Shown one piece after another: positions 1 through 10,440 of a stretch of DNA of 64,000 nucleotides; the first letter of the stretch is position 1; each line of letters begins with the position of its first letter. The position numbers and the translations under genes were made by a program. The DNA is from an uncultured delta proteobacterium (GTDB taxonomy: Bacteria > Desulfobacterota > Binatia > JACPRU01). The stretch lies in contig CAVUWD010000013.1 of assembly GCA_963745025.1 (NCBI GenBank), positions 420,557 to 484,556 on the forward strand, given 5' to 3'. The notes below the pieces were generated by a model that was not told where the DNA came from, ran no database searches, and was given only the letters and a program-made list of their open reading frames with translations.

Positions 1-336
1 CATCCACGCTTGTTCAACCCACCCACGGCGCTCGAGATTGCGCTTGCGGCCGTCGATGCCTGGACAGAGTCGCCGTCGGTCGTGTTGCTCGGTGAAGCGC
101 CGGAATACTGGGTCACGTTTCGACGACTGGCGGAATCCACCAAGATCATCGGTCCGCGTGTCCACGACGCGCGCATCGCGGCAGTCTGCATGCAGAATGG
201 CGTGGATGTGTTTTGGACGGCCGACCGTGACTTCGGCAGATTTGGCGCTCTCCGCGTCCGCAACCCGCTGATCGATCCGGGGGGTGAGGTGCACGAGCGC
301 CGGCAGCGCTACGGGCGCCGCCGCCTCGCGCGGTAG
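1..336 (+). CDS. PIN-domain (VapC-type) toxin, 5'-truncated by window edge
   Basis: C-terminal PIN motifs VHDARIAA...WTADRDFGRF...VRNPL. Confidence 0.8.
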   Translation, partial: HPRLFNPPTALEIALAAVDAWTESPSVVLLGEAPEYWVTFRRLAESTKIIGPRVHDARIAAVCMQNGVDVFWTADRDFGRFGALRVRNPLIDPGGEVHERRQRYGRRRLAR

Positions 337-337
337 C

Positions 338-2863
338 GTGACTCGTCCGCTGCCGATCGATCCGCTTCTATCCGAGATCGTCGACACACTGCGATCCCGC
401 GCGCGGCTCGTGCTCCGCGCTCCGCCGGGCGCGGGCAAGACCACGCGCGTGCCCGCGGCGCTTCTCGATGCGGGCATCGCGAACGGAAAGCACGTGGTCA
501 TCCTCGAGCCACGGCGGATCGCGGCGCGCGCGGCGGCCGAATTCGTGGCCGGCGAGCGGGGCGGTTCGATCGGAGGCGAGATCGGCTACCGCGTCCGCTT
601 CGAGCAGAGAGGCGGGCGCGAGACCCGCCTCTGGTTCGTGACCGAAGGCGTGTTCTCGCGGAGCCTGGTCCGCGATCCCTATCTCGACGAGGTCGGTATC
701 GTAGTCCTCGACGAGTTCCACGAGCGTCACCTCCAGGGTGACCTCGCGCTCGGCGTCGTACGAGAGCTCCAGGAGACGGTGCGCCCGGACCTGAAGCTCG
801 TGGTGATGTCGGCGACGCTCGAAACCGACGCGCTCGCGGCGTATCTCGGCGGCGCGCCGGTGCTGACCTCGGAGGGTCGGGTGTTTCCCGTCGAGATCGA
901 GTACGAGCGGGAGCCGTCGCGCGCCCGGCTCTCGACGCGCGTTGCTGCCGCTGTCGCGCGCACTCTTCGCGCCGATTCCCGGGGCGGCGATGTGCTCGTG
1001 TTCCTTCCCGGTGCTGCCGCGATCCGCCAGAGCGCCGAGGCGCTCGCCGCGCTGGCCGAGGCCCAGGGAATCGACGTCGTGCCGCTCCACGGGGACCTGC
1101 CGCTCGACGCCCAGCGACGCGCGATCCTCCCCGGGCCGCGGAGAAAGGTCGTGCTCTCGACGAACGTCGCGGAGACGGCGCTCACGATCGAAGGCGTGAC
1201 GACGGTCGTCGACTCGGGCCTCGCGCGCGAGGCGCGCTTCGATCCGCGCCACGGCTTGAACCGTCTCGAAGAGGTACGCATCAGCCGCGCCTCGGCCGAG
1301 CAGCGTGCGGGGCGCGCTGGCCGAACGCAGAGGGGTCGCTGCCTGCGCCTGTGGACGACCGCCGAGCATGCCGAGCGCCGCGAGCGCGAAGTGCCGGAAA
1401 TTCTTCGGCTAGATCTGACTGCCGCCGCGCTCGAGCTTCGCGCATGGGGTGCCGGCGATCTACGTGCGTTTCCTTGGCTCGACTCGCCGCGCGACGGAGC
1501 GCTCGAGGCCGCGGAGCGCTTGCTTGCCTCGCTCGGCGCGCTGGGGGCCGAGCGGGAGCTGACGGAGGTCGGACGGCGCATGCTCGACCTGTCGGCACCG
1601 CCACGTTTGGCCCGTATGCTCGTCGAGGCCGAACGCGCCGGAGTCGCGGAGGAAGGCGCGCTGGCAGCGGCTCTCGCCTCCGAGCGCGACATCCTGCTCG
1701 AGCGTCGAACGTTCGCCGAAGGAGGCGCGGCACCATGGCCGACCGGGCCATCCGACCTGTTGCTGCGGATGGATCTCTATCATCGCGCGGAAGGCGCCCA
1801 CGGTCTCGATCCCCGAGCCGTGCGCGCGGTCGAGCGCGCCCGCCGCCAGCTCGCTCGATCGCTCGATCGGCGAGGGAGCGCCGACGCGGACGAGGGCGCG
1901 ATCCTTCGTTCCGTGCTCGCGGGCTTTCCCGATCGCGTCGTCCGCCGGCGCGGGGCGGGATCCATGCGCGGTGTGATGGTCGGCGGGACCGGCGTGGCGC
2001 TCGATCCGGCCAGCGTCGTCCGTGAGGCGGAGCTCTTCGTCGCCATCGATCTCGACGGGGGTCCGCGGCGCGAGCGTTCCGAGGCGCGCGTCGGTATGGC
2101 GAGCGCGGTCGAGCGGCGTTGGCTCGAGGAGATGTTCCCGGAAAAGATCCGCAAGGTTCGCGAGGTCGTGTTCGATCCGGCCTCCGAACGGGTCGTCGGG
2201 CGTGCGCGCGAGCTCTACGAGGATCTCACGCTCCGCGAGACCGTACGGCTCGACGTCGATCCGCTCGCCGCCGCAACCAGGCTCGCGGAGGAGGCGAAGC
2301 GTGATCCCGCGCGTGCGCTCTCGATCGGGCGCGACGAACGGGCGCTTCTCGACCGCGTGCGCTTCCTTGCGCGGATGATGCCGGAGCTCGGCGTGCCCGA
2401 CTTCGAGCGGGACCTTCTCGCTCGCGCCATCGACGTGCTTTCTGCCGGAAAGCGAAGCTTCGCCGAGCTGCGTCGAGCGGATCTCGTCGGCGCGATTCGC
2501 GCCGAGCTGACTCCCGGCCAGATCCAGGCGCTCGGGCGCGACGCGCCTGAGCGCCTGGATCTGCCCTCGGGCCGCTCGACGCGAATCACCTACGAGCGCG
2601 AGAAGCCCCCCGCGGTGGCCGCGCGTATCCAGGATCTCTTCGGCCTCGCGACCACGCCGCGCGTCGCCGCCGGCCGCGTCCCGCTCGTGATCGAGATTCT
2701 CGCGCCGAGCAACCGCCCCGTGCAGGTGACCGACGACCTCGAGAGCTTTTGGCGGCGGACCTACCCCGAGGTGCGAAGGCAGCTCCGCGGGCGCTATCCC
2801 AAGCATGCCTGGCCGGAGTCACCGCTCGACGCGACGCCCGATCCGCCACGGCGTCGCCGCTGA
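338..2863 (+). CDS. hrpB: ATP-dependent RNA helicase HrpB
   Basis: APPGAGKTT, LDEFHER, MSAT, TNVAETALT, QRAGRAGR motifs; C-terminal YPEVRRQLRGRYPKHAWP; GTG start at 338 right after the upstream stop. Confidence 0.95.
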   Translation: MTRPLPIDPLLSEIVDTLRSRARLVLRAPPGAGKTTRVPAALLDAGIANGKHVVILEPRRIAARAAAEFVAGERGGSIGGEIGYRVRFEQRGGRETRLWFVTEGVFSRSLVRDPYLDEVGIVVLDEFHERHLQGDLALGVVRELQETVRPDLKLVVMSATLETDALAAYLGGAPVLTSEGRVFPVEIEYEREPSRARLSTRVAAAVARTLRADSRGGDVLVFLPGAAAIRQSAEALAALAEAQGIDVVPLHGDLPLDAQRRAILPGPRRKVVLSTNVAETALTIEGVTTVVDSGLAREARFDPRHGLNRLEEVRISRASAEQRAGRAGRTQRGRCLRLWTTAEHAERREREVPEILRLDLTAAALELRAWGAGDLRAFPWLDSPRDGALEAAERLLASLGALGAERELTEVGRRMLDLSAPPRLARMLVEAERAGVAEEGALAAALASERDILLERRTFAEGGAAPWPTGPSDLLLRMDLYHRAEGAHGLDPRAVRAVERARRQLARSLDRRGSADADEGAILRSVLAGFPDRVVRRRGAGSMRGVMVGGTGVALDPASVVREAELFVAIDLDGGPRRERSEARVGMASAVERRWLEEMFPEKIRKVREVVFDPASERVVGRARELYEDLTLRETVRLDVDPLAAATRLAEEAKRDPARALSIGRDERALLDRVRFLARMMPELGVPDFERDLLARAIDVLSAGKRSFAELRRADLVGAIRAELTPGQIQALGRDAPERLDLPSGRSTRITYEREKPPAVAARIQDLFGLATTPRVAAGRVPLVIEILAPSNRPVQVTDDLESFWRRTYPEVRRQLRGRYPKHAWPESPLDATPDPPRRRR

Positions 2864-3026
2864 CGATCTCGTGCCAAATTGCGACCGCATCGGGTCAAAA
2901 AATGGCGCCGCAGGTGTCATAGAACAGGCAGATCGTTCGCGGAACCTGACCAGAAACCTACGATTTCGATATTCCCCAAGACTGGTACGAGTGTTGCTTG
3001 ATCTCTCACTCGGGAGTAGCGAGTCA

Positions 3027-3233
3027 ATGAGTTCTTCACGAGACTATCTCACCGACACTGACATCCGCTTCGAGTTCCGCGTTATGATGCGGTGGTGCCG
3101 CCTGTTCCGAAAGACCGCTGTCGACTGGGTGAACCTTGAGGCGAAGCGGTTCCGCGAGCGCTATCCCCTGCCGAGCCGCGAGCCTGACCGCGAGGGGCGT
3201 GGGCCTCTATCCGAGGCCCAGCCCCTCCGCTAG
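3027..3233 (+). CDS. Small hypothetical protein (68 aa)
   Basis: ATG preceded by GGGAG; fills the gap before the next gene. Confidence 0.5.
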   Translation: MSSSRDYLTDTDIRFEFRVMMRWCRLFRKTAVDWVNLEAKRFRERYPLPSREPDREGRGPLSEAQPLR

Positions 3234-3263
3234 AAGATCGCCCGCGCGCGGTGCGCGGGTGGC

Positions 3264-3962
3264 ATGAACTGGCTCACAGCGACGATCTCGCTCTACGTCT
3301 CGGTGACGCGTCGCGCGGCCCGGATCGCGATCGTCAACTGGCCGGTCCTCCTGTCCGTCTTCGCCTATTTCTTGCTGATGAGAGTCACGCTGCCGATCGC
3401 GCTGGCGCTTGGCGTGCTGGGTGGCTTCCTCCTCGGGCTCGTCTGGGCCGCGTGCATCGCGTCGTTTCTCTATCTCGTGGAGCGGCTCGTGCGGCACGGA
3501 CGGGTCTCGTTCGAGGAGTTTCCGGCGAGCTTTGCGCCATACTTCTCGGACGTGATCGGCGTGATGTTCGTCCTGTGGATGCTGCGCACGGTCCTCTCGC
3601 TCGCCGTCATGACGAATCCGCAGGGCATGCTCATCCTACTGGTGGTCCAGCTCTTCATCTTCGTCTTCTTGAATGCCGTTCCCGAGCTCATCTATCTGGG
3701 GCATCACTCGTCGATGGATCTCCTGACCGAGAGCTACCGGTTCATTTCCGAAAACTGGATCGAGTGGTTTCCGCCGACGCTGCTGGCGGGCGCGATCCTC
3801 GTCTTCCTGACGGAGGTGTCCCTCGGCGGATGGGCAGATCTGCTGAAGTGGGCGGTCGTCGCTCTCTTCGTCTACTTCACGATGGTGCTGCGCGGGCTGC
3901 TCTTCGAAGAGCTCTCCGGCAGCACGCGCCGCGGTCGCGCGTTCCGCTACCGATTCCGCTAA
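3264..3962 (+). CDS. Hypothetical integral membrane protein
   Basis: 232-aa ORF with about 6 hydrophobic segments. Confidence 0.75.
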   Translation: MNWLTATISLYVSVTRRAARIAIVNWPVLLSVFAYFLLMRVTLPIALALGVLGGFLLGLVWAACIASFLYLVERLVRHGRVSFEEFPASFAPYFSDVIGVMFVLWMLRTVLSLAVMTNPQGMLILLVVQLFIFVFLNAVPELIYLGHHSSMDLLTESYRFISENWIEWFPPTLLAGAILVFLTEVSLGGWADLLKWAVVALFVYFTMVLRGLLFEELSGSTRRGRAFRYRFR

Positions 3963-4405
3963 GCGGCTTGAACGATCACGAAGACGACGATGCTGCCGAA
4001 ACACAGGAGGTGGTCTCGACAGATCGATCGCGCCAAGGCGCTCTGCCCGAGCGGGGAATCGCTGCGCGAACCGAGCCGAACGGCATTGGGATAGACGCGG
4101 AGAAGCGCAAGCACGATCGGCCCGCCGCCAAAGACCAGGGAGACACACCCGATCCAGGCGGACGCGTCCGAGGCGATCTGGGTGATGACGGCGGCGATCG
4201 TCACCAGCATCACGAGCGCGATCGCGTAACCCATGGGCCGAGCTTCGGTGGTGACTCGCCTGTAGTATGCGGCGATCGAGCGCAGGACTTCTTCCGGCAG
4301 CTCGGAATTCTCGTCCTTGTAGCGAAGGACTTGAACGTCGAACATCAGATCCATCCAGAGGACGGCGAGCAGGAAGCCGCCGCAGAGAGCGGGGACGGCA
4401 GACAT
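3959..4405 (-). CDS. Hypothetical membrane protein
   Basis: 148-aa ORF with 4 hydrophobic segments; GGAGG RBS. Confidence 0.7.
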   Translation of the reverse strand: MSAVPALCGGFLLAVLWMDLMFDVQVLRYKDENSELPEEVLRSIAAYYRRVTTEARPMGYAIALVMLVTIAAVITQIASDASAWIGCVSLVFGGGPIVLALLRVYPNAVRLGSRSDSPLGQSALARSICRDHLLCFGSIVVFVIVQAA

Positions 4406-4471
4406 TCAAGTTTCCTCCATCAATCTTGAACTCGCCGCAAGCTTCTGATTTCATCTCCCTTCTCTGGGCAC

Positions 4472-4544
4472 GGGGCTGTAGCTCAGTTGGGAGAGCGCCT
4501 GAATGGCATTCAGGAGGTCGAGGGTTCGACTCCCTTCAGCTCCA
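4472..4544 (+). tRNA. tRNA-Ala(GGC), CCA not encoded
   Basis: GGGGCTG/CAGCTCC acceptor stem with G3:U70; anticodon arm CCTGA-ATGGCAT-TCAGG; T arm GGTTCGAC. Confidence 0.97.
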
Positions 4545-4591
4545 CTTTAAAATCAATGGCTTATCCAACTAGCGAATCTAGCGTTTCATCA

Positions 4592-4611
4592 TAGGTAACA
4601 GATAGGTAGCA
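4592..4611 (+). repeat. Tandem TAGGTARCA repeats (candidate integrase arm sites), copy 1
   Basis: TAGGTAACA 4592-4600 and TAGGTAGCA 4603-4611, 48 nt after the tRNA discriminator. Confidence 0.6.
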
Positions 4612-4804
4612 GCCCCTTTTCGCCGGAGCGGCTCGTCCCACTGCTCGCTGGCGTCGTCGAGCTTCTCCCATGGCTCCGGCAGTGGCACAATGAGGTCGAC
4701 CCGGAATACGGCGTTCGCATGGGCGACTTCTACGGAGACTTCGTTCGCGAGGAGGCGCGGAAGCTCGGCCTCACCGAGGAGAAGATCCGGGAGTGGCAGC
4801 CGGC

Positions 4805-5272
4805 ATGAGAGACGAACCGCCCATCGAGCTGAAGCTCGTCAAGGACGCGGCGCTTCTCGACCTCGAGGTTCTCGACACCCAGCTCGAACCTACCGTCGGC
4901 GACGAAGACTGGCACGTCCGAATCCGAATCCGGGCTGAAGAGGATCTGATCGAAACCTGCGCGCTCGGGCTGATCTTCACGCTCGGGATGCTCTCCTTTC
5001 ATGATGCGCGCCCCCGAGGTGTTTCCGACAAGTGGTTCGAGACCAATGACGAATGGACCGTCGCCGACATGCTCCAGCATCTGGAATTCGCCCACAGCCG
5101 GCTGCACTTCCACGCCGACTACGTTCGAGGCCGGTGCGTGAAAACAACGATTGAGGTGTGGAGCGACGGCCAGGTCCTGTTAGAGACCGTGAACAGGGGG
5201 CAGGCGGCGACCCGGTGGCTCGATCGACTCCGTGGCAAGAGGCTCCTCGAGGCCGTGCCGGGCGAGCGGTAG
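4805..5272 (+). CDS. Hypothetical protein
   Basis: 155-aa ORF whose ATG overlaps the TGA of an upstream gene remnant (...KLGLTEEKIREWQPA*). Confidence 0.65.
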   Translation: MRDEPPIELKLVKDAALLDLEVLDTQLEPTVGDEDWHVRIRIRAEEDLIETCALGLIFTLGMLSFHDARPRGVSDKWFETNDEWTVADMLQHLEFAHSRLHFHADYVRGRCVKTTIEVWSDGQVLLETVNRGQAATRWLDRLRGKRLLEAVPGER

Positions 5273-5417
5273 ACCGCGGTCGAGTATCCCTTCGGGGTAC
5301 GTTGGTTGGTGGCGCATAGCGGGGACCTTAGGGGCTGCCCGAGTTCCGCGGAGCTTCTCCGCGTGGCGCCGGCGGCGCTTGCAAACCGCCGGGGGGCGGT
5401 CGTAACCTTGAACGAGT

Positions 5418-5654
5418 ATGCGTTTCGAGGAGCACATCACGGTCACTCCAGGCGTCCGGAGCGGTAAGCCCTGCATCAAGGGGACCCGCATCACCGTCTA
5501 CGACATCCTCGAGTACCTGGCCGGGGGCATGACCGAGGAGCAAATCCTCGAGGATTTTCCGAGCCTGAAGCCCGAACACATCCGCGCCGCCCTGGCGTTT
5601 GCGGCCGCCCGCGAACGACGTGAGCGCCATCTTCGAGCCTCGGGCGGCGGGTGA
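5418..5654 (+). CDS. DUF433-family antitoxin
   Basis: ITVTPGVRSGKPCIKGTRITVYDILEYLAGG...EDFPSL signature. Confidence 0.92.
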   Translation: MRFEEHITVTPGVRSGKPCIKGTRITVYDILEYLAGGMTEEQILEDFPSLKPEHIRAALAFAAARERRERHLRASGGG

Positions 5655-5905
5655 AGCTGCTTCTCGACGAGAACCTGAGCCCAACCCTCGTCGATCAGCT
5701 GGCGGCGGAGTACCCGGGCAGCCGGCACGTGGATCAGGTCGGGCTCCTCGGCGAGCGCGACGATCGAATCTGGAGCTTCGCCCGTGATCACGACTACGTC
5801 TTGGTTTCGAGCGACTCCGACATCCGCGTGGCCTCCGAATCCACGGCCGCGTGGCTGATGGTGGCAATGCGGGAGCGCGATTCGGAACTCCTGTTCTCCG
5901 GCTGA
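5651..5905 (+). CDS. DUF5615-family PIN-like toxin, probably internally deleted
   Basis: MKLLLDENLS...DDRIWSFA...VSSDSD; overlaps the DUF433 stop; shorter than usual. Confidence 0.8.
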   Translation: MKLLLDENLSPTLVDQLAAEYPGSRHVDQVGLLGERDDRIWSFARDHDYVLVSSDSDIRVASESTAAWLMVAMRERDSELLFSG

Positions 5906-6053
5906 CCGAAGGGGTGGCCGCGTCGGAGCTCGATAGCCCGTTCCGATCGGGGCTTCGCCGTCGCTGGGCTGCTATCGGGCGAGAGGCTACCTCGGAGCCG
6001 GAGATGTGCTATCCGACGCGACGCCGATCTCTGCGCGTGGAAGGATTCTGATC

Positions 6054-8731
6054 ATGGACGTCACTCGAAACGATCCCGCTCAGCCGACCGCTGCCGACGC
6101 GCCGATTTCATTCCATCGCGACACTCTCCCCGAAGACGATTCCGAAGCAGCGCGCGTCCTACGCTCCATCGCGCATGGCAAGACCGGGCGAATCGCTCCA
6201 GATCTGCTCGTGGAGCACGTGATCGCGATCACCGCCGACGCCGGGTGGCCGGTCCGCCGCGCCGCGATGGAGGCGTTGCTGCGCCGCCTCCAATTCGCAG
6301 AACGCGATGAGCTCAAAGTCGCGACGCGCCCGCCCCGGGGGAAGCCCTTCGGTATCTATTCGACGCGCCGCCCCGGCGGGGGTGAGCGCCCGTACCGGAG
6401 CTTGCTCGCGAGTGTTCACCCGCTGCGCGGCAGTTGCGATTGCGCAGACTTTCTGCGGAGCTCACTCGGCCTATGCAAACACCTGCTCGTGGTCCTCCAA
6501 GACCTCGCGCTTCGCGACCGGGGTTTTCGTCGCTCGACGGGTTCCTGGTCACCCGGCCCCGGCGAAGCCATTCTCGCCTGGGATCCGCTCCGGCCGCTGA
6601 GCGGTCTGGGAGACAGTCTCGAGCGCCTGTGGCTAGTCAGTGGTGGAAAGAGCGTCGCGGCCGCTCGCGCCTGCGCGCGACTCGAGCGCGAATGGTTCAC
6701 TCGAGATCGTGGGGGCGAGCTTCGTCTCCGCTTTGCGCACTCGGATGATCCTTCGAGGCGTCTCGGCCTCGTGCGCGACCTGCTCGGGAGCCTAGCAGGA
6801 AACGGGGCGGCCGGGTTTGTCGCCGAGCCGGCCGCCCGAGCGCTGCTCGAGGCAGAACGGCAGCGGCTCGAGCTCGTGACCGCCAACCTCGCAGGCTTCG
6901 GCTCCCTGCGTGCCGCGCTTCGCGGTCTTAAGCGGAAGCTCTACCCGTATCAGCTCGAGGGGGTGGAGCGGTTCTTGAGGAGCGGGCGGCTGCTACTCGC
7001 CGACGACATGGGCCTCGGCAAGACGGCGCAGGCGATCGCGGCCTGCCATGCGCTTCTCGAGACCGGACGTGTCGAGCGTGGGCTCGTGATCGTGCCGGCC
7101 AGCCTCAAGCCCCAGTGGCTCCGTGAGTGGCAATTTTTCACCGACGCTCCGGTAGCGGTCGTGGAGGGCCCGCCGGCGGAGCGAAAGCGCACGTACCGCG
7201 CGCGCTCCCGCGGTTTCTTGGTCGTGAACTACGAACAGGTGCTCCGCGACCTCGATCTGATGCGCGCCTTCGAGCCGGGGATAGTCGTGCTCGACGAAGC
7301 GCAGCGGATCAAGAACTGGGCGACGCACACCGCCATGACGGTGAAGACGCTCAAGCCTCGCTACCGCCTCGTCCTGACCGGCACGCCGATGGAGAACCGG
7401 CTCGACGAGCTGGCCTCGATCCTCGACTTGGTCGACGACGTGGCGCTCGAGCCCAAGTGGCGACTGGCCCCCTGGCATTCGGCGCAAGCCGACGGGAAGC
7501 GCGAGGTCGTCGGCGCGCGGAACCTGGACACGCTGCGCACTCGCCTTAGGGGCGGCATGCTCCGCCGCGTCCGCAGCGAGGTGCTGAAGCAGCTCCCCGA
7601 CGAACCGACACCGTCGTGCCGGTCGAGTTGACCGACGCCCAGCGTGCCGAGCACGACGCACTGAACCAGCCGATCGCGCAGCTCGCGGCGACCGCCAGCC
7701 GGCGCCCGCTCACGCAGACGGAGTTCCTTCGCCTCATGAGCCTGCTCACCACGCAGCGGATGATCGCGAACGGCCTCGCGCAGTACCAGTTCGAGCGGGT
7801 CTGGGATGGGATCTCGCGGGTCGCTCCGGACGAGGCGGTGCTGCGCAGCCTCTCCACGCCGAAGCTCGCGGAGCTCCGTCAGATCGTCGCGCAAGTCGCG
7901 GTCGAGCAGGGGCGCAAGGTCGTGGTCTTCAGCCAGTGGCGGCGCATGCTCCGGCTCGCCCATTGGGCCGTGGCGGATCTTCTCGCCGACGCCGGGCTGC
8001 GCGCTGTGTTCTTCACCGGTGAGGAGGGGCAGCGGCAGCGCACGCAGAACATCGTCGACTTCCACGACGATCGGGCAGCGCGGATGCTCTTCGCGACCGA
8101 CGCCGGCGGCGTCGGGCTCAATCTGCAGCGCGCCGCGAGCTGCTGCATCAACCTGGAGCTGCCCTGGAACCCGGCCGTGCTCGAGCAGCGCATCGGCCGC
8201 ATCTACCGCCTCGGCCAGAAGCGACCGATCGATGTGTACAACCTGGTGACCGAGTCGAGCATCGAGGCGCAGATCGCGGGGCTTGTGGCCGACAAGAAGG
8301 CGCTCTTCGCAGGGCTCTTCGACGGCACGAGCGACGAGGTCCGCTTCGACCGTTCGGCCTCGTTCCTCGGGCAGCTCTCGAAGATCGCGGAAGCGGCGCC
8401 GGCCTTGGTTGCGAATGACCCAGAGCAGGAGCTCGACGCGCTTTCGGATGACACGGAGGTCGAACGGGCGATCGACGCTGGTGACGGCGGAGATCCTCCG
8501 GCCGCCCCGGCGCGCGCCGAAATTCCGGTCGCCGCTCCGGCGCCCGCCGAGGTCGTGGTCTCTGCTCGGCAGGTGGAGCAGATCTTCGCCGGTCTCGAGG
8601 TTCGAGCCCGAGCTGGTGGCGGTCTCGTGATCGAGGCTCGACCGGAGACGGCGTCAGCGCTGCTCGCGGTGTTCCAGGGAATGGCGAGCCTGCTGGGAAC
8701 CGTCCGGGGCGCGAACACCCCGGCCCGATGA
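6054..8731 (+). CDS. SWIM zinc-finger SNF2/DEAD-box helicase, one frameshift near 7600
   Basis: CDC..CKH SWIM motif; LADDMGLGKT, LDEAQRIKN, LTGTPMEN; second frame carries TDAGGVGLNLQ and WNPAVLEQRIGRIYR. Confidence 0.9.
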
Positions 8732-8960
8732 GGCTTCATCGGCTTCACCCGCGAAAGAGCGAGGTGCGGATCTTCGACCACGTAGACCGCGATGTTCCGG
8801 TCCTGCTGCGAATGTTCAAGCGGCCTTTCCGCGTGTATCGCACCATCGGGTACGCCCACGGCGAGACGCCGCTCGGCTGCTCGCAACCGCGCGACGAGCC
8901 GACGATCGAGTGGGACAAAGATGCCCGTCGCCATTTCGATGAGTCGGGGCGGGGATCGTC

Positions 8961-9557
8961 TTGACCCGCAAGTCCGGACCCGCCGTCGTCGCTCTCGCCG
9001 GCTCCAACGGTGCTGGGAAGTCTACGACAGGGCCTCTCCTCCTTCGGGACGCGCTCGGGATCACGGAATTTGTCAACGCCGATGTGATCGCTCAGGGTCT
9101 TTCAGCGTTCAATCCGGAAGGCGCGTCGATTGCGGCCGGCAGGGTCATGCTCGCGCGCCTTCACGAGCTCGCGGACCGCAGAGTAGACTTCGGTTTCGAG
9201 ACTACGCTCGCGGGTCGTGCCTACGCCGGTTGGATTAAGGAACTGCGAAGGAGAGGCTATAGCTTCCATCTGATCTATCTCTGGCTACGGGACGTCGATC
9301 TCGCCATCAAGCGAGTCAGAAAGCGCGTCGATCTCGGCGGCCACGATGTCCCAGAGGAGACGATTCGCCGTCGCTACCGGGCCGGATTGGTGAACTTCTT
9401 CGGCATCTACCGACCTCTTGCGAAGACCTGGCGGTTCTACGACAACTCCCTCGAGGGAGGACCCCTCTTGATCGCCGAAGGCACGGGGAGCAAAGTCAGG
9501 ACCATCCGAGATCGAGACACTTGGCATACGGTGAACCGCGAGCTGAAGAACAAATGA
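8961..9557 (+). CDS. Zeta-toxin-like P-loop ATPase/kinase (COG4185 type)
   Basis: AGSNGAGKST, FVNADVIA, FETTLAG, GGHDVPEETIRRRY. Confidence 0.9.
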   Translation: MTRKSGPAVVALAGSNGAGKSTTGPLLLRDALGITEFVNADVIAQGLSAFNPEGASIAAGRVMLARLHELADRRVDFGFETTLAGRAYAGWIKELRRRGYSFHLIYLWLRDVDLAIKRVRKRVDLGGHDVPEETIRRRYRAGLVNFFGIYRPLAKTWRFYDNSLEGGPLLIAEGTGSKVRTIRDRDTWHTVNRELKNK

Positions 9558-9808
9558 AGCGCAAACCTCGTCGCTCCGTCGACGAACTCATGGACGAGGG
9601 GACGCTCGTGGATGCCGCTCTGCGGCGTGCGGCTCGCGAGGCACTTCGGCGTCACAAACTTGCTGGTGTACCGATCGCCGTCTGGCGCGACGGGAGGACG
9701 GTTGAGATCCCTCCCGCACGGATCAAGATTCCGGTTGACCGTCCGGAAGGAACGATGTCCGTGCCCGGGAGAATGCGCCCCAGCCCCGAGGTTTCCGAGT
9801 CAAGGTAA
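9554..9808 (+). CDS. Small partner protein (putative antitoxin) of the zeta-like ATPase
   Basis: ATGA overlap; ALRRHKLAGVPIAVWRDGRTVEIPP motif typical of such partners. Confidence 0.75.
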   Translation: MKRKPRRSVDELMDEGTLVDAALRRAAREALRRHKLAGVPIAVWRDGRTVEIPPARIKIPVDRPEGTMSVPGRMRPSPEVSESR

Positions 9809-9871
9809 CGGTCGAGACGAACAAAAGCCCATAGGATAAAGGGATCCGTTCTGAGACGGGGATGGTCGTTG

Positions 9872-9917
9872 ATGGCATTCAGGAGGTCGAGGGTTCGATC
9901 CTCCCTTCAGCTCCACT
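9872..9917 (+). repeat. Duplicated tRNA-Ala 3' half (att site)
   Basis: ATGGCATTCAGGAGGTCGAGGGTTCGA(TC)CTCCCTTCAGCTCCACT equals 4503-4546 with a 2-nt insertion. Confidence 0.92.
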
Positions 9918-9962
9918 GTTATGTCAATAGCTTAGGCAGTGTAGATTCAAGATTGTTAGCCA

Positions 9963-9982
9963 TAGGTAGCAAGTAGGTAACA
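9963..9982 (+). repeat. Tandem TAGGTARCA repeats, copy 2
   Basis: TAGGTAGCA 9963-9971 and TAGGTAACA 9974-9982, again 48 nt after the discriminator-equivalent A (9915). Confidence 0.6.
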
Positions 9983-10440
9983 ACCCGGCCCAACGGCCAG
10001 AGCGCCGATCCGCCCTTCAACCAACTTCTCCTCCCATCGGCAGCACGGAATCTAGCCATAGGGGCGACCGTCGGGCGGAATCGGGAACAGCTCGGCCCGC
10101 GCCGCCCGACGGGAGGGGTCCGAAGTTCTGGAAACGAGGAGTGAACCGAGACGAGGACGGCGGTGACCGGGGCGAACGCGATACGACTGGCCGACGCGAT
10201 CCACGCCACGCGGGCGGAGTTCGGTGAGGTGCGGAAGCGTGACTGGCGACCGCGTCCCGCGGACCTCGCGGACGTCCTCACGGAAACCGTCGCGGCGGCG
10301 ATCGGGCTGATGGTCCGGCGGGTGAACGCGATGGTTACGGAGGGAATCCTCCCCCGGCCGCGGTCCGTGGTCATCACAACCTTCCAGCTGCCGTCGCGGC
10401 CTACGTCCGCTGGCGCGAGTAGGGCCGCGGTCCCGCGGGC

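Larger units (their letters stand above)
4503..9917. mobile_element. tRNA-Ala-integrated genomic island, no integrase visible
   Basis: 4503-4546 is repeated at 9872-9917; cargo is TA pairs and an SNF2 helicase. Confidence 0.8.

Noticed and set aside
7590-7631. Programmed frameshift in SNF2 (and in genes at about 14240, 21225, 21950, 22970, 28570, 34280, 35245)
   Set aside because: No slippery heptamers; single-base indels scattered across unrelated genes fit long-read error or decay better
8728-8964. 78-aa ORF between SNF2 and the zeta-like ATPase
   Set aside because: Overlaps look operonic but there is no recognisable motif; not supportable
9872-9917. Second tRNA gene
   Set aside because: Only the 3' half is present, with an insertion in the T arm; interpreted as an att site
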